A stretch of DNA of 64,000 bases from Mobula hypostoma (Eukaryota): assembly GCF_963921235.1 (NCBI RefSeq), contig NC_086097.1:38318001-38382000 (forward strand), given 5' to 3'. The notes under the pieces are model-generated. The model saw nothing but the letters and a program-made list of their open reading frames with translations, had not been told where the DNA came from and did not search any database. How positions within the stretch are numbered: the stretch's first letter is position 1; every line of letters begins with the position of its first letter. Position numbers and translations under genes: made by a program. Of the stretch, positions 28,146 to 43,600 are shown piece by piece.

Positions 28146-28304
28146 TTTTACTACAGAATAATAGTCACTGCATCCAAAATTGATTGGGTAAATCTGTGTT
28201 TTTTAGAATGTTATAAACTAGTAATTTTAGGTTTTGTGGAATTAACTTGTGTAAACATCATGTCTGGTGTAGAATCCAGCAAACTACATGATGATTTGTT
28301 TTAA

Positions 28305-28421
<117 letters not shown>

Positions 28422-29419
28422 TAGGAATTTAAATCATTTAATTCAGGATCTCCTTCAGGCAATTATTGGGCTCATACCTGATTAAACCTCAGGTTAATCA
28501 TGGAGATAAATTTAATTGTATTTGTGCTTTAGCAGTTCATTTTGTAATTATCTCTGTTTATATAACTCGTACCATGTAAAATCTTATCAAATAGCACATG
28601 AAGATTTATCACATTATGCTGTCTTACAGTGTTTAATTATTCTTCCTTCCAATTCAAATATTTGCTTGAAAATTCTGAGTTTTTTTTTGTTTCTTCATTC
28701 ATTGTTTAACTACTTTTCATGGATGGGTTAATTTCTCACAAACTGTATTTTCTCACAATCTCTCTGTAGCTGTTTCATATTTGCCAGTAAGCTTCAAAAA
28801 GGAATAAATGGAGGTTCATGTTGTAGTTGATCATACAGGTGTTCTCCTACAGATGTGACATACATATATACGGGTGCAATATGGATACAGCATACTCTGT
28901 CACTGTGAAAATTACACTTGTGAGGAAGTAGGTTTTTTTTTTACAGGGTACTGGTATCAGTGCCAGAAGCTGTTCTTGAGGGCAGCATGAGTTGAATCGG
29001 GTTTGGATTTTTGCCCAAATGAATTCAATAAATAGGGCCATAAGTAAGTCTTTAAACGAAGCACTGCGGATGCAGATTCTGATGAGGGGAAGTTTACTAA
29101 ATTAAAAGAGAAGGTCAAGGTAAGGGTGCAGAGTGGATGATGATAACAGGAATCTCTGGCAGAGCATTAGAGGAGCATGTTGCAATGGTAAGTACAAGAA
29201 TTGCGAGAGATTTTAGGTTTGCCAGTCATTGAGTAGATTAATGAGCTTTAATTGTGTGGAGGATGACTTCACAGTGTGTGTAATAGATCAGGAAGTTCAG
29301 TATATTTTTTGTTCAATGACAATGACCAATAATCTGGTAGTGAAAGGGCTTTAGAGTTAAATGATCATAATATGTTAAATTTTCTTAATAAAGTGGAAGT
29401 GATTTAGTTAAATCTGAAA

Positions 29420-29960
29420 TCAAGATTCAAGTACATTTAATATCAAAGAACGTATAAATTAAACAATCTTGAGATTTGCTTGCACACAGCTAGCCACAAA
29501 GCAAGAAATCCAAAAGAACCCAATTAAAGGAAAAAAAGGATAAAAATAAAAGACCAACCCTCAATGTGCAAGAGAAAGAAAATAAAAGCAAATCATGCAA
29601 ACAGTTGAACCGAACAACAGCATTCCAAACCAAAACTGAGTCCTCAGATCCGAACCCTGGAGCATCCCACAGTAGGCCCAAAGCCTCATTTATCAGTTCA
29701 TCATATTAGCGGCACAGAACACAGCAGCTAGGGCAGTCTTCTTAGTGCCATGGAGATGACCATCATCCTGTCTTTTCAGTCCATCTGGACCAGCGTTTAA
29801 ATTGACCAAACAACGGAACACCAAAAGGCTCCAGTGCCCTGGAGAGAGGAGTGAAGATCGCGGAGAGCAAGTGAAATCAGCTCTCATCTCCGATCTGGGC
29901 CAGTGTTTAAATTGTCTTATCAGTGGATCGTATCTTGCACTAGACCCGGCCACCACTGCT
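29420..29960 (-). mobile_element. Unclassified retroposon 3' fragment
   Basis: Reversed tail tcaagattcaag; similar to the end of the 23368 element. Confidence 0.45.
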
Positions 29961-30084
29961 GTGAAAGACTCCAGACAGAGACCCAGACATCCCACCTCTC
30001 CCGGAACTTCCGGGAGTCTCCCGCATATTAATAGTGTCTCCCTGATGCCCACAAATTATATACAATATCATGGAAAAATTTAAT

Positions 30085-30880
30085 AATAGTGAGAGGTTGC
30101 AAAGTGTTAGTATTCAGAACAATTTTGTATCGTTGTTCACAAGTCAGTGAACATGAAAGACTAGCAAACAGCTAGGAAGGCAAATAGTTTGTTGACCTTT
30201 GACCAGAGTCCTGAAGAATGGTCTTGGCCCGGATCGTCGACTTTTTGCTTTTTTCTATAGATGCTGCCTGATCTGTTGAGTTCCTCCAGCATTTTGTTAG
30301 TGTGTTGCAAAGTGTTTATTGATCTTTATTGCAAAGGATTTCAGGACAAGATCAAAGAAGTTCGACTCCAGTTATTTATAATCTGGTAAAACAGCACCTG
30401 GAATATTATGTTTAGATATAATCCCTATCCTAAGAAATGATGTAATTGCAATAGTAAGAGTGGATGGAAAGTTCATCAGATTGCTTTCTGGGATGACTAG
30501 TTTGCCCCAGGAGGAAAGATTAAGCAGATGGACCCATAACCCTTTGAGTTTAGAAAAAAGATATGAAAGGTGATTTCACTGAAATATACACTATCCTAGC
30601 CCTGCTTGAAAAGATGATGTTTCCCTTAAGTGAGGGACCTAAAATCAAACTAAGAACTTGGCCCTACAGGACTGAGATTTCTTCATCTGGGGATAATGAT
30701 ATTTGGAAGTCACTACTCAATCAATGAATACTTAAGCAATAATTTTTGGATATATAGGCAATCACAGACTAGGAGAAGAAAATGACACTGAGATAAAATA
30801 TCGGCCATAATTTTATTGAACAATGGATCAGGCAGGAGGAGCTGAATGACCGACTTGCATTTCTCATGTCCTGTTTCTTG
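30085..30880 (+). mobile_element. Old CR1 3' remnant containing a Penelope-derived terminus (about 30205-30308)
   Basis: LVKQHLEY and KGDFTE remnants; insert agtcctgaagaatggtcttggcccggatcgtcgact. Confidence 0.6.
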
Positions 30881-30923
30881 TGTAATACAAAATTTTAAAT
30901 TGAAAATATTAATCAATTTCTAA

Positions 30924-31256
<333 letters not shown>

Positions 31257-31630
31257 TAAGTTAAAACAGAAGTTATCCAAGCAAAATAGAATATTTATTA
31301 AATTTACCAAACACACTACATCTTCATATTAAAAAATCCTACTCAGATTTTGTTCTAATTTGGCTAAGTGATTAAAAAATAGTTTTCTGTGAATATTTTA
31401 CAGTTATTAAGTAATGTATTGATTAATACTTTTCATTAATGCCTGACACAAACTGCACTTGCTTTTCATGACATATAATTGAAGAATTCATTTATGTAAA
31501 TATATTGGAAGTACATTTTGTCAGATGCTATACATATTTAGTGGTGACTTTATATGTGAAAGGTGAATTACTGCTGGTTGCTGTAATTCTTAGTTATCCA
31601 CTGCTAGAAACGCCATTTGGTTTTGATATC

Positions 31631-32775
31631 ATTGTGAGGATCGTGTTTTTTGATTACTCAAGTGCCTTCAATACCATACAGCCCTCAGTGCTTGGGGAAA
31701 AGCTCCATTCAATGCACATTGGCACTTCCATTGTATCCTGGATAAAGGACCACCTGAATGGCAGACCACAGTTCGTGCAGCTTCAGAGCTGTGTGTCAGA
31801 CATGGCTTTAAGCAGTACTGCGACCCCCACAGAGGACTGTATTGGCTCCCTTCCTGTTTACCCTATATATCTTGGACTTCAGGTACAACACTGAGTCATG
31901 CCATCTGTAGAAATTTTCTGATGACTCAGCAATATTTGGGTGTATAAAGGGTGGACAAGAGGATGAATACAGAGCCCTGGTGGAGGACTTTTGTCAAATG
32001 GTGCAAGCTGAATCATCTGCAGGTCAACATCAGTAAGACAAAGGAGATGGTGATGGACTTTAGGGAGGCTAAGCCTGCAATGCTCCCTGTTACTATTGAT
32101 GGTGAGGATGTGGATGTGGTGAAGACCTACAAGTACCTGTAGGTGCACCTTGATGACAGACTTAAGTGGAGGTCTAACATGGAGGCTGTGCAGAAGGGCC
32201 AGAGTCACCTCGACTTCCTGAGGAGACTGAGCTCCTTTGGAGTATGCAGGCCTCTCCTTCACATATTCTACCAGTCTGCTGTCACCAGTACCATCTTCTA
32301 TGTGGTGGTATGCTGGGGCAATGGCATCAACAGGGATGGTGCCAACAGGCTCAGTAAACGGATTAGAAAAGCTGACTCTGTTTAGAAACTGATTAGAAAG
32401 TCAAACTGGACACACTGGAGGCTGTGGTAGAACAAGGGACCCTACGGAAAATCCTGGCAGTTCTGGACAATGTTTCTCACCTTCTGTATGCCACCTTGGC
32501 TGAACCGAGGAGCACTCTCAGTAATAGACTAAGAAAACTGCGCTGCTCCAATAAGCGCTATACAGTATGAGGTCATTCTTACCCTCGGCCATTAGGCTCT
32601 ATAATGAGTCAACCTGGAGCCGGGGAAGTGATGAACCCTCCTGTCAGAACGTTTGAGGTAACTTTTTTTTTATTCTTTCATACTTCTTTTCTAATATTTG
32701 TATATCTGTGCACTTGCAATGCTACTGTACACTGTAATTCCTTTGGGATCAATAAAGTATTTATCTATCTATCTA
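31631..32775 (+). mobile_element. Rex1/Babar LINE (second subfamily), 5'-truncated
   Basis: FFDYSSAFNTIQP, LQVNISKTKEMVMDFR; tail aataaagtatt(tatc)n. Confidence 0.85.
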
Positions 32776-33031
32776 CATTATCTTTCTATCAACTTGAAGG
32801 GCTTTCAATTAGAATTTATGGTTTCAGCTTGTCTACAGAAAGTTTTCTTTTAAAGGATCACTCTCTGTTGGTGTATGGTGTCTGCTCACATTCCTTAGAA
32901 CTTGTAAGGTAGCGCCCCACAAAAGACGTTCAAGCCTGCAAGTATCCTTGTTAGTTGTTTTGATTGTGTATCAGGATCAGTTACAGTGCAGCTGCTTAAA
33001 AGATTTAATGCTATTTATTAATTTATCCTAA

Positions 33032-33256
<225 letters not shown>

Positions 33257-34140
33257 TAACAAGAGTATAAATGATTTAAACAGGACTTTTAAAGTATACT
33301 TTAATGAGAATTGTCTGGTTTTAGCAGATATTTTAATCAATGGATCCATCTTGTATAATGTAGGATTTGATGTACGTGTTCCTGAACTAAAACCTCTTCC
33401 TGTTGAAACTTTGCACATAATCATTTATCTTTATCAATCTGCTAGTCGTAATTGAGTAATATCACCATGTGAAAGATATATCTGATTTCACTTTAAACAC
33501 TTTAATTCTGACTTGGTCTATAATTTTCAGTTTAATTCTCATTTCAATACTCTGCACACACTGACCCACAGCACATCTTCACTCAGTAACTTACAATTAT
33601 GCCTTCTTTCTCTTGCCAGCACTGTGCTTCAAATGTGAATACTGTTCAAATCCCTTCAATTTACCTCTGTACTGCACCCTTCAACTCTCTGAAAACTTGG
33701 TGTGGCTCTGACGCTTGCCTCTTTCTTCCACCATTCCCCAGTGCCATTCTGTCCAATACTGGTGTCTAGGTACAAACTTGGGAATTCTTTCTGTCCTCTT
33801 CCACCTTTTGAAAAGAGCATTTAATCCAAGATGCTCACAATGCTATTAGCTAGCTCTGCTGAAGCAATTCTCCCCTAGATGGAGTCAGTATTTTTCATTA
33901 CTGTCTACCTTCCACATTCCCGGCCTGAGGGAGATGAGTGTTAACTCAGGTCAGTGCAGGAACTTTGGCCTTCAATGGGAGGGCTGTAATTTTAACCCCT
34001 AACCTTCCAGTTCATTATTGAAGGGGGAACCTCTATACTGATAGTAAAGTACTGTGGAAGGCATTAGCTCTCTTTAGCATAGTTTTGGATTAACCAAAGT
34101 GTTTTTATTTCTTTACGCCAGTTTGTGTTTTCTTCTTTAG

Positions 34141-34302
<162 letters not shown>

Positions 34303-34851
34303 TAATCTCTCCTTAAAATTAAAACTATCAATATATCTTAGTGACACTAGTGTAGGGAGAGCAGTTCCAAAACAGGCTGACACAATGCAAAAGAACTTAA
34401 ATTGCATTGTATAGATTATTAAAATTAAATTTGATTACAAATGTAAAGTGATGAGATTGGGAAAAATAAATGTTACAAGTTAACCTTGGATCTTTTTCTA
34501 TTTAATGGCAGACTGCCCATTGAAACCACCTTATGGTATCTGGAATTGTATGTGCATGGAGTGAGAACATGGATTTTAGATGTGACGTATAACCTGTATG
34601 ATGTGTTAGCTCGAGCCTTCGAGATTATTGTAATGCAGAAAGGCATCAACCCCATTCGAGAGTGTGTGATTTTGGTTACCTTACAACAGGAATAAATGAG
34701 CAGAAAGCTGAAAATTTGGTCAATACTTGCGGAGAGGAATGCAAGCTCAGGATAATATATGTAAAAGTGAAGCCTCCAGATGTGGTTTTGGTTGGGAATG
34801 TTGTTAAGGAATACATCTTCTATGAATGATGAAAGATGACTTTTTTTTTAA

Positions 34852-35051
34852 GCAACACACACAAAATGCTGGTGGAACGCAGCAGGCCAGGCAGCATCTA
34901 TAGGAAGAGGCACAGTCGACGTTTCGGGTCAAGATGCAAAACGTCAACTGTGCTTCTTCCTATAGATGCTGCCTGGCCTGCTGCGTTCCACCAGCATTTT
35001 GTGTGTGTGCTGCTTGAATTTCCAGTATCTGCAGATTTCCTCGTGTTTGTG
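34852..35051. repeat. Penelope-derived fold-back element
   Basis: Inverted arms around cgggtcaaga-tgc-aaaacgtc; flanked by ttttttaa on both sides. Confidence 0.88.
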
Positions 35052-35069
35052 TTTTTTTAATTGGGATTC

Positions 35070-36248
35070 ACAGTGTTGATTATCCATACCTGCACAGAAA
35101 AGCTGGATGTGTCTCTTTCATTGTAGGACAGTATTTACCGCGGTATCGCATTGGTGAGGATATTGGTGAAAGCTGCTGTGAAAGCCACCATGAAGCCGAA
35201 AAGCTGTTGCAGAGCACAGCATCTAGAGAGGGAGAAATGCAGATCAGGGTGGGATGGCCTGGAGCAATGATTAGTATTTGAGTGGGTGTAATTAAGGGTT
35301 CAGAACTCACTATACTTAGAGTCCAGTATGAAAAGCTGGGAACTGGGTTGACTTAGTTGAATGCATTGAGGGAGAGGGATATATATAATCAATGCATTCA
35401 GCTCAGTCAACCCAGTTCCCAGCTTTTCATGCTAGACTCTAAGTGTGTATATATTTATAAAACAGTGACCTAGGGGGCTCAGAAAAGGAAAGAAAGTGTC
35501 CATTCAGTAGGTAGGAAACACGAAGATAGATCTGTTATAATTGTTATTATTGAAGATATTTTACAATTAATAGACAATTAGTGGTTACAATTAATACAGC
35601 AGACCGCACAACAGTTCTAGGGATTTAGAGGAACAAATTTGCAGAGATGCAGACTGTTCACAAGAAACATAAGGTTGTTGTAGTAGGTGATTTTAACTTT
35701 CCACATGTTGATTGGAAATCCCATACTGTAAAAGGACTAGATGAGAAAGAATTTCTCAAATGTGCTCAGGAAAGTTTCCTTCATCAATACGTAGAAATCC
35801 CAGTGAGAGACTGTGTGATACTTGATCTGCTGTTAAGAGCTGGGCAGTTTGTGTAGGGGAACACTTTGTATCTCATGATCACTATGCCATTAGTTTCAAA
35901 GTAAATATGCAAAAAGATGGGCCTGGTCTGCAGGTTGAAATTCAGACTTGGAGAAAGTCCAATTTTGATGTATTAGAAATAATTTGGGAAGTGTGGATTG
36001 GGATAGGCTGTTTTCTGGCAAAAATGTACTTGGTAAGTGGGAGGTCTTCAAAAGTGAAATTCTAAGAGTACAAAACTTGTATGTGCCTGTCAGAATATAA
36101 GGTAAAAATAACAAGTGTAAGGAACCTTGGTTTTCAAGAGATATTGGATTAGGCATGGGCTTTGTGGGAGAAGATCAAGAGTGGTAGTCAAATGGTTGCC
36201 TCTGACTGGAAGCCTGTGGAGTGCCACTGGGATCGGTGCTGGGTCCAG
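35070..36248 (+). mobile_element. Fragmented CR1 (probable ORF1 piece, endonuclease, RT scrap)
   Basis: VVVVGDFNFPHVDW...ILDLLL; SGVPLGSVLGP at about 36220. Confidence 0.7.
35311..35447 (+). repeat. Local inverted repeat, 59-bp arms with 19-nt loop
   Basis: 35311-35369 is the reverse complement of 35389-35447 with 6 differences. Confidence 0.9.
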
Positions 36249-37734
36249 ATTACATGGGGATTGTGAGTGAACAGACCTTTTCAAGTCCAGCCACAAATTC
36301 TCAATTGGCTTGAGGTCTGGACTCTGACATGGCCACTCCAGGAGATTAGCTTTGTTTTTAAGCCGTTCCTGTGGAGCTTTGGCTTTATTTTGCTTGGTCA
36401 TCGTCTTATTGGAAAATAAATCTTCTCCCAAGTCGCAGTTCTCTTGCAGACAGCATCAGGTTTTCTTCCAGGATTTCCCTGTATTTTGCTGCATTCATTT
36501 TACCCTCTACCTTCACAAGACTTCCAGGTCCTGCTGCAGTGAAGCATCCCCACAGCATGATGCAGCCACCACCATGCTTCACGGTAGGGATGGTGTGTTT
36601 TTGATTGTGTGCGGTGTTTGGCTTATGCCAAACATAGCATTTGGTCTAATGACCAAAAAGCTCAGTTTTGGTTTCATCAGACCACAGAACCTTCTTCCAA
36701 CTGACTTCAGAGTCTCCCACATACCTTCAGGAAAACTCTAGCTGAGATTTCATGAGAGTTTTTTTCAACAGTGGCTTTCTCTGGGCCACTCTCCCATAAA
36801 ACTGCAACTGGTGAAGTACCTGGGCAACAGTTGTTGTATGCACAGTCTCTCCCATCTCAGCCACTGAAGCTTGTAACTCCTCCAGAGTTGTCATAGGTCT
36901 CTTGGTGGCCTCCATCACTAGTCCCCTTCTTGCACAGTCACTCAGTTTTTTAGGATGGCTTGTTCTAGGCAGATTTACTGCTGTGCCATATTCTTTCCCT
37001 TCTTGATTGACTTAACTGTACTCCCAGGGATATTCAGTGACTTGGAAATGTTCTTACATCCATCACAGGACAGACCAAGACTGAAAAACTGACAAAAACC
37101 ACATAATTATAACATATAGTTACAACAGTGCAAGCAATACCATAACTTGATAAAGAACAGGCCATGGGCATGGTAAAAAAAAAAGTTCAAAGTCTCTCAA
37201 AAGTCCCACATCTCACGCAGACAGGAGAAGGAAGAAAACTCTCCCTGCCATGCCCGACCACAGTCCAACTCTGAGTCATCTGAAAACTTCAAGCCTCCGA
37301 CCAGCCCTCCGACACCGAGCACCATCTCTCCCAAGCGCTTCAACCCCAGCCCCGGCCGCAAGCAGCAGGCAAAGCCGAGGATTTTGGGGCCTTCCCTCCA
37401 GAGATTCTCGATTGCGCAGTAGCAGCAGCAGTGAACTGGACATTTCAGAACTTAACTAATTATGTGACCTCTAAATCCAATTGGTTTCACCAGTGATGAT
37501 TTGATGTCATATTAAAGTGAGATGAATACTTATGCAATCAATTATTTTGTGTTTTATATTTGTAATTAATTTAGACCACTTTGTAAAGATCTGTTTTCTC
37601 TTTGACATGAAAGAGCCTTTTTCTGTTGATCAGTGTCAAAAAAACCAAATTAAATCCACTGCAATTCAATGTTGTAAAACAATAAAACATGAAAACTTCT
37701 GGGGGGGGGCGGTGAATATGTTTTATAGGTACTG
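36249..37734 (-). mobile_element. Tc1/mariner transposon, 3'-truncated, interrupted at about 37063-37450 by another repeat
   Basis: Transposase remnants TTLEELQ..GRVA.RKPLL and LEWPCQSPDLKPIENLW; single TIR cagtacctataaaacatattcacc on - strand. Confidence 0.88.
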
Positions 37735-38968
37735 CATGTGTAGACATTACAATTCGATGTATGAAACTGGGAAAAACAAAATATCTTTGCAGCACATTTT
37801 GTTTAAAGTATGATGTTAATTATTGCTAATTGATTGAACAGCCATTTTTAAAAGATTAATTGTATTGCTGAGTAGGCTGTCTACTATCTGATTCTCGTCT
37901 CAACTGATGCTTGAACTAAGGATTTCTCTGTGGGGTTTATTTGATGTCATTTGAGGTGGAGAAAATATCAAATTATTTTCTTGCAGGATCGTGAAATTTC
38001 AATTTCCCTTGTTTAACGGGACTAACAAAAATGCAGAGCTAACAGCATCCTCAAATTTCTGCAACTGCTGCATTCATTTCACTGTTTGTGGTTTATTGAG
38101 AAGGCAAGAAATCACTCAGTTTCTGGTTTGAGAGAAGAAAGTTCAGTGTCCTTTTAGGTTGCAGTGATTTCAAAAGTGTGAACAGTAGCCAAACTTATTT
38201 TTGAACTGGAAGAATTCGCCTAAAATGTAAAACTTGCCTTGAAGCATTACCACTTGTTATCACAGGTGTGTAGCTAATATTCTTGTATTAACATTTATAA
38301 TTGAAAATGCTAGGTGAATACTTATTATCCACAATTCCAACACTGTTTTTTAAATACTATGGAGAAGTTGTAGATCTGTCACCACAAATGCTGCTGTTGC
38401 TCATTTTAATCTAATTCCACACACTTTGCTCTCCTAATCTCCAAGACTGGCCCTTTAGTTCTTTCCTATCTTGACTCTGCTCTTTCCCTTGTTGCTCGGG
38501 TGGTTTGTGCTTTCATCAACTTTGCCCCTCTATTTTCACTCTTTGCAGCAGCAACATTAGTTTTTTTTAAATACGTCTAACTCTTCCACAACCACACAAA
38601 TTCATTTTGATCTTGTTCTTTATTTAACATCGAATATTATGGATTAATGTATTCTTACTAATTAGAAAAACAATCATTAGTGTTTATTCTGTACTTTTCA
38701 ATTTGGCACATTTTCTTGTAGAACAACATATTCTCTATAACCCCAACTTCACTTCCGAATCCAAAGTTATAGTTGTGTTATTATGAACCAATATTGCTTT
38801 ATAATACTGCAACATGAAAAATCTCGAGTTAAGTTATAAGAAGAATTCCATCTCCAAAGTGTGTACTTGATACAGTCCATAATTTATTTCAGTGCTGATA
38901 AGGATTAGAATGTAATAAATACTTGATACTTTTATTTTCATCAAGTCAGTGTTAAATTATGTCTTTGA

Positions 38969-39130
<162 letters not shown>

Positions 39131-39539
39131 TAAACTATTAAGTAATTCATTTAAATTTTTTTTATTAAGAAGACCAAAGATTTATTTTATTCAAGTATAT
39201 CAACTGAAACCCTTTATGGCCTTCCCTCAGTTTATTGGATAAATTGTGCTTTCAAGACCACCTCAATTTTGGAATGGAACTCTGCCTACAGTTTACAACA
39301 GTGTGAGAATCGGCAGATAGTAGCTAAAAGTAGAATCACATGTTCACAAGAAAATAAATAGAATCAAATGTAAGACCCAGGTTCATTTTCAGCGGGATAA
39401 AACAGCACAGAAACATGCTATTGTTGGAGTACTGGGTATTCTATAGAAAGGCTATTGGAGTTGATGTGAATCAAGGGGAAACACTGTACTGAGTTGTATC
39501 TATCTCTCAAGCAGATGGTTCAACGCCAATTGTCTCAAC

Positions 39540-40698
39540 TGAATCAGAATCAGGTTTAATATCACTGGTATATGTCATGAAAATTGTTGTTTTGTGGCAG
39601 CAGTACAATGCAATAGACAATAAAAACTAAATTACAAAAAGAAGTATATATAAACAAATAAATTAAGTAAGTAGTGCAAAGAGAGAGGGAAATAATGCTG
39701 AGGTGGCTTTTACATGTCAATTCTCCTCAAACTTCTCATGAAATATAGCCATTGCCTTGCATTTTTTGTAACTGTATCAGTATGTTCAGCCCAAGATAGA
39801 TCTTCAGAGACGTTGACACTCAAAAACTTGAAACTGCTCAACTTTTCCACTGCTGGTGTGTGATCCCTCAACTTCCCCTTAATAAAATCCACAGTCAGTT
39901 CCTTGGTCTTACTGACATTGAGTACAGGGTTGTTGTTGCAACACCATTCAACCAGCTGATCTGTCTCACTCCTGTACGCATCCTCGTCACCGTCTGAAAT
40001 CCTGCCAGTGATAGATGTGTCATCAGCAAGTTTACAGATGGCATTTGAGTTGTGTCTAGCCACACAGTCGTAGGTGTAGAGAGAGTAGAGCAGTGAGCTA
40101 AGCTCATTTCCTTGAGGTGCACCAGTGTTGATTGTCAGTGAGGAGGAGATGTTATTTCCAACCTGCACAGACTGTGGTCTCCCGGTGAGTAGGTCAAGGG
40201 TCCAGTTACAAAGGGAGGTACAAAGGCCCAGGTTTTGGAGTTTGTTGATTTGAACTAAGGTTATGATTGTGTTGAACACTGAGCTGTAATCAATAAGCAA
40301 CAGCCCAGTGTAAGTATTATTATTGTCCAGTTGATACAAGGCTGAGTGGATACCCAGTGAGATTGTATCCACTGTAGACCTAGTGTGGTGATAAGCAAAT
40401 TGCATCTGATCTAGGTCCTTGCTTAGGCAGGAGTTGATTCCGACCATGACCAACCTCTCAAAGCATTTCATCACAGTAGATGTGAGTGCTACTGGGTGAT
40501 AGTTATTGAGGCAGCTCACCCTGCTCTTCCTGGGTTCTGATATAATTGTCACCCCTCTGAAGCAGCTGGGAATCTCCAAATGCAGCAGTGAGAGACTGAG
40601 AATGTCCTTGAACACTCCTACCAATTGGTTGGCACAGGTTTTCAGAGCTCTACCAGGTACACCATCAAGGCCTGACACCTTGCAGGGGTTCACCGTCT
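39540..40698 (-). mobile_element. Rex1/Babar LINE RT fragment
   Basis: PVALTSTVMKCFERLV, QFAY, TGAPQG, KLADDT; reversed tail gaatcagaatcagg. Confidence 0.9.
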
Positions 40699-43600
40699 TA
40701 AGACCATAAGACATAGGAGCAGAATTAGGCCATCTGGCCCACTGAGTCTGCTCTGCCATTCGATCATCCTTTTTTTCTATCTCCTCCTCAAACCCAGTTC
40801 TAGGTGTTCTCCCCGTAACCTTTGATGCCATGTCCAATCAAGAACCTGTCAATCTCTGCTTTAAGTATGCCCAACGACCTGGCCTCCACAGCTGCATGTG
40901 GCAAAAAATTACACAAATTCACCACCCTTTGGTTAAAGAAATTTCTCCGCATCTCTGTTTGAAAGGGCGCCCCTCTATCCTGAGGCTGTGCTTTCTTGTC
41001 CTAGACTCCCACCATGGAAACATCCTTTCCACATCTACTCTGTCTAGGCCTTTCAACATTTGAAAGGTTTCAATGAGATTCCCCCCTCATCCTTCTGAAT
41101 TCCAGCTAGTACAGACCCAGAGGCATCAACGTTCCTTGTATGATAACCCTTGCATTCCTGAAATCATCCTTGTGAACCTCTTCTGGACCCTCTCCATGCC
41201 AGCACATCTTTTCTAAGATGGGGGACCCAAAACTGTTCACGGTACTCAAGGTAAGGCCTCACCAGTGCCTTATAAAGCCTCAGCATCACATCCTTGCTCT
41301 TATATTCCAGACGTCTTGAAATGGCATCTGCCTTCCTCACCACCGACTCAACCTACAAATTAACCTTCAGGGTGTTCTGCACAAGGACTCCCGAGTCTCT
41401 CTGCATCTCAGATTTCTGGATTTTCTCCCCATTTAGAAAATAGTCCACACATTTATTTCTACTACCAAAGTGTATGACCATGCATTTTCAACATTGTATT
41501 TCTCTTGCGATCCATTACCAACCTGATTTTCCTGATTGACCTGCATGTTAAAATCTCTTATGACTACCATAACATTGCCCTTTTGACACGCGTTTTCTGT
41601 TTCCTGTCGTAATCTGTGGGCCACCTCCCAGCCACTGTTGGGAGGCCTGTATATAACTGCCATCAATGTCCTTTTACCCTTGCAGTTTCTTAACTCAACC
41701 CACAAGGATTCAACATCCTCCGATCCTATGTCATATTTTTCTACCAATTTGATGCCATTCTTTACCAGTAGAGTCACACCACCAGCTCTGCCTACCTTCC
41801 TATCCCTCCAATACAATGTGTAACCTTGGACATTCAGCTCCCAACTACAACCATCCTTCAGCCATGATTCAGTGATGGGCGCAACATCATACCTGGCAAC
41901 CTGTAATATTGCAACAAGATCATCCACCTTATTTCTTATACTACATGCATTTAGCTACAACACCTTGAGTACCGTATTTGACAACAGACAATAGGTGCAG
42001 GAGGAGGCCATTCAGCCCTTTGAGCCAGCACCACCATTTACTGTGATCATGGCTGATCATCCACAATCAGTACCCTTTTCCTGCCTTCTCCCCATATCCC
42101 TTGACTCCACTATCTTTAAGAGCTCTATCTAACTCTTTCTTGGAAGCATCCAGAGAATTGGCCTCCACTGCCCTCTGAGGCAGAGCATTCCACAGAACCA
42201 CAACTTTCTGTGTGAAAAAATTTTTCCTCAACTCCGTTCTAAATGGCCTACCCCTTATTCTTAAGCTGTGGCCTCTGGTTCTGGACTCCCCCAACATCAG
42301 GAACATGTTTCCTGCCTCTAGCGTGTCCAATCCCTTAACAATCTTAAGTTTCAATCAGATCCCCTCTCATCCTTCTAAATTCCAGTGTATACAAGCCCAG
42401 TTGCTCCAATCTTTCAACATATGACAGTCCCGCCATCCCGGGAATTAACCTTGTGAACCTTCGCTGCACTCCCTCAATAGCTAGAATGTCCTTCCTCAAA
42501 TTTGGAGACCAAAACTGTACACAATACTCCAGGTGTGGTCTCACCAGGGCTTTGTACAACTGCAGAAAGACCTCTTTGCTCCAATACTCAATTCCCCTTG
42601 TTATGACGGCCAACGTGCCATTAGCTTTCTTAACTGCCTGCTGTACCTGCATGCTTACTTTCAGTGACTGATGAACAAAGACACCTAGATCTCGTTGTAC
42701 TTCCCCTTTTCCTAACTTGACACCATTCAGATAGAAATCTGCCTTCCTGTTCTTGCCACCAAAGTGGATAACCTTACATTTATCCACATTGAACTGCATC
42801 TGCCATGCATCTGCCCACTCACCCAACCCATGCAAGTCACCCTGCATTCTCATAACATCCTCCTCACATTTCACACTGTCACCCAGCTTTGTATCATCTG
42901 CAAATTTGCTAATGTTACTTTTAATCCCTTCATCTAAATCATTAATGTATATTGTAAATAGCTGTGGTCCCAGCACCAAGCCTTGAGGTACCCCACTAGT
43001 CACTGCCTGCCATTCTGAAAGGGACCTGTTAATCCCTACTCTTTGTTTCCTGTCTGCCAACCAATTTTCTACCTATGTCAGTACCCTACCCCCAATACCA
43101 TGTGCTCTAATCTTGCCCATTAATCTCCTATGTGGAACCTTATCAAAGGCTTTCTGAAAGTCCAGGTACACTACATCCACTGGCTCTCCCTTGTCCATTT
43201 TCATAGTTATATCCTCAAAAAAATTCCAGAAGATTAGTCAAGCATGATTTCCCCTTCGTAAATCCATGCTGATCCTGTTACTGCTATCCAAATGTGCTAT
43301 CCTTTCTGATTCTGCATCCCTAATGATTTGATATTCAGCATGTTGGTTGCAACTAAGTCCCATCACCTGCCTGCCCTTTCTGACAATCTGACTGCACGCG
43401 ATCTTCACTTTTTTTACCATCCATCCTTTCCTGAGTCCCTTCGCTCTGGTTCCCACCTCCCTGCCAAGTTAGCTTAAACTATCCCCAACAACTCTAAGAA
43501 ACCTGCCTGCAAGAATATTGGTCCCCCTCGGGTTCAGGTGCAACCCGTCATTTTTGAACAGGTCATACGTCCACCAGAAGAGATCCCAATGATCCAAGAA

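Noticed and set aside
30205..30245. Additional hammerhead copy (also about 25718-25755 and 60762-60797)
   Set aside because: Core nucleotides are mutated (for example GAAA to GGAT), so it is unlikely to be active.
39710..40837. 375-aa ORF as a gene or active RT
   Set aside because: Chance read-through from a CR1 3' UTR into a Rex1 RT fragment with degenerate motifs (PQGNELSS, LADD).
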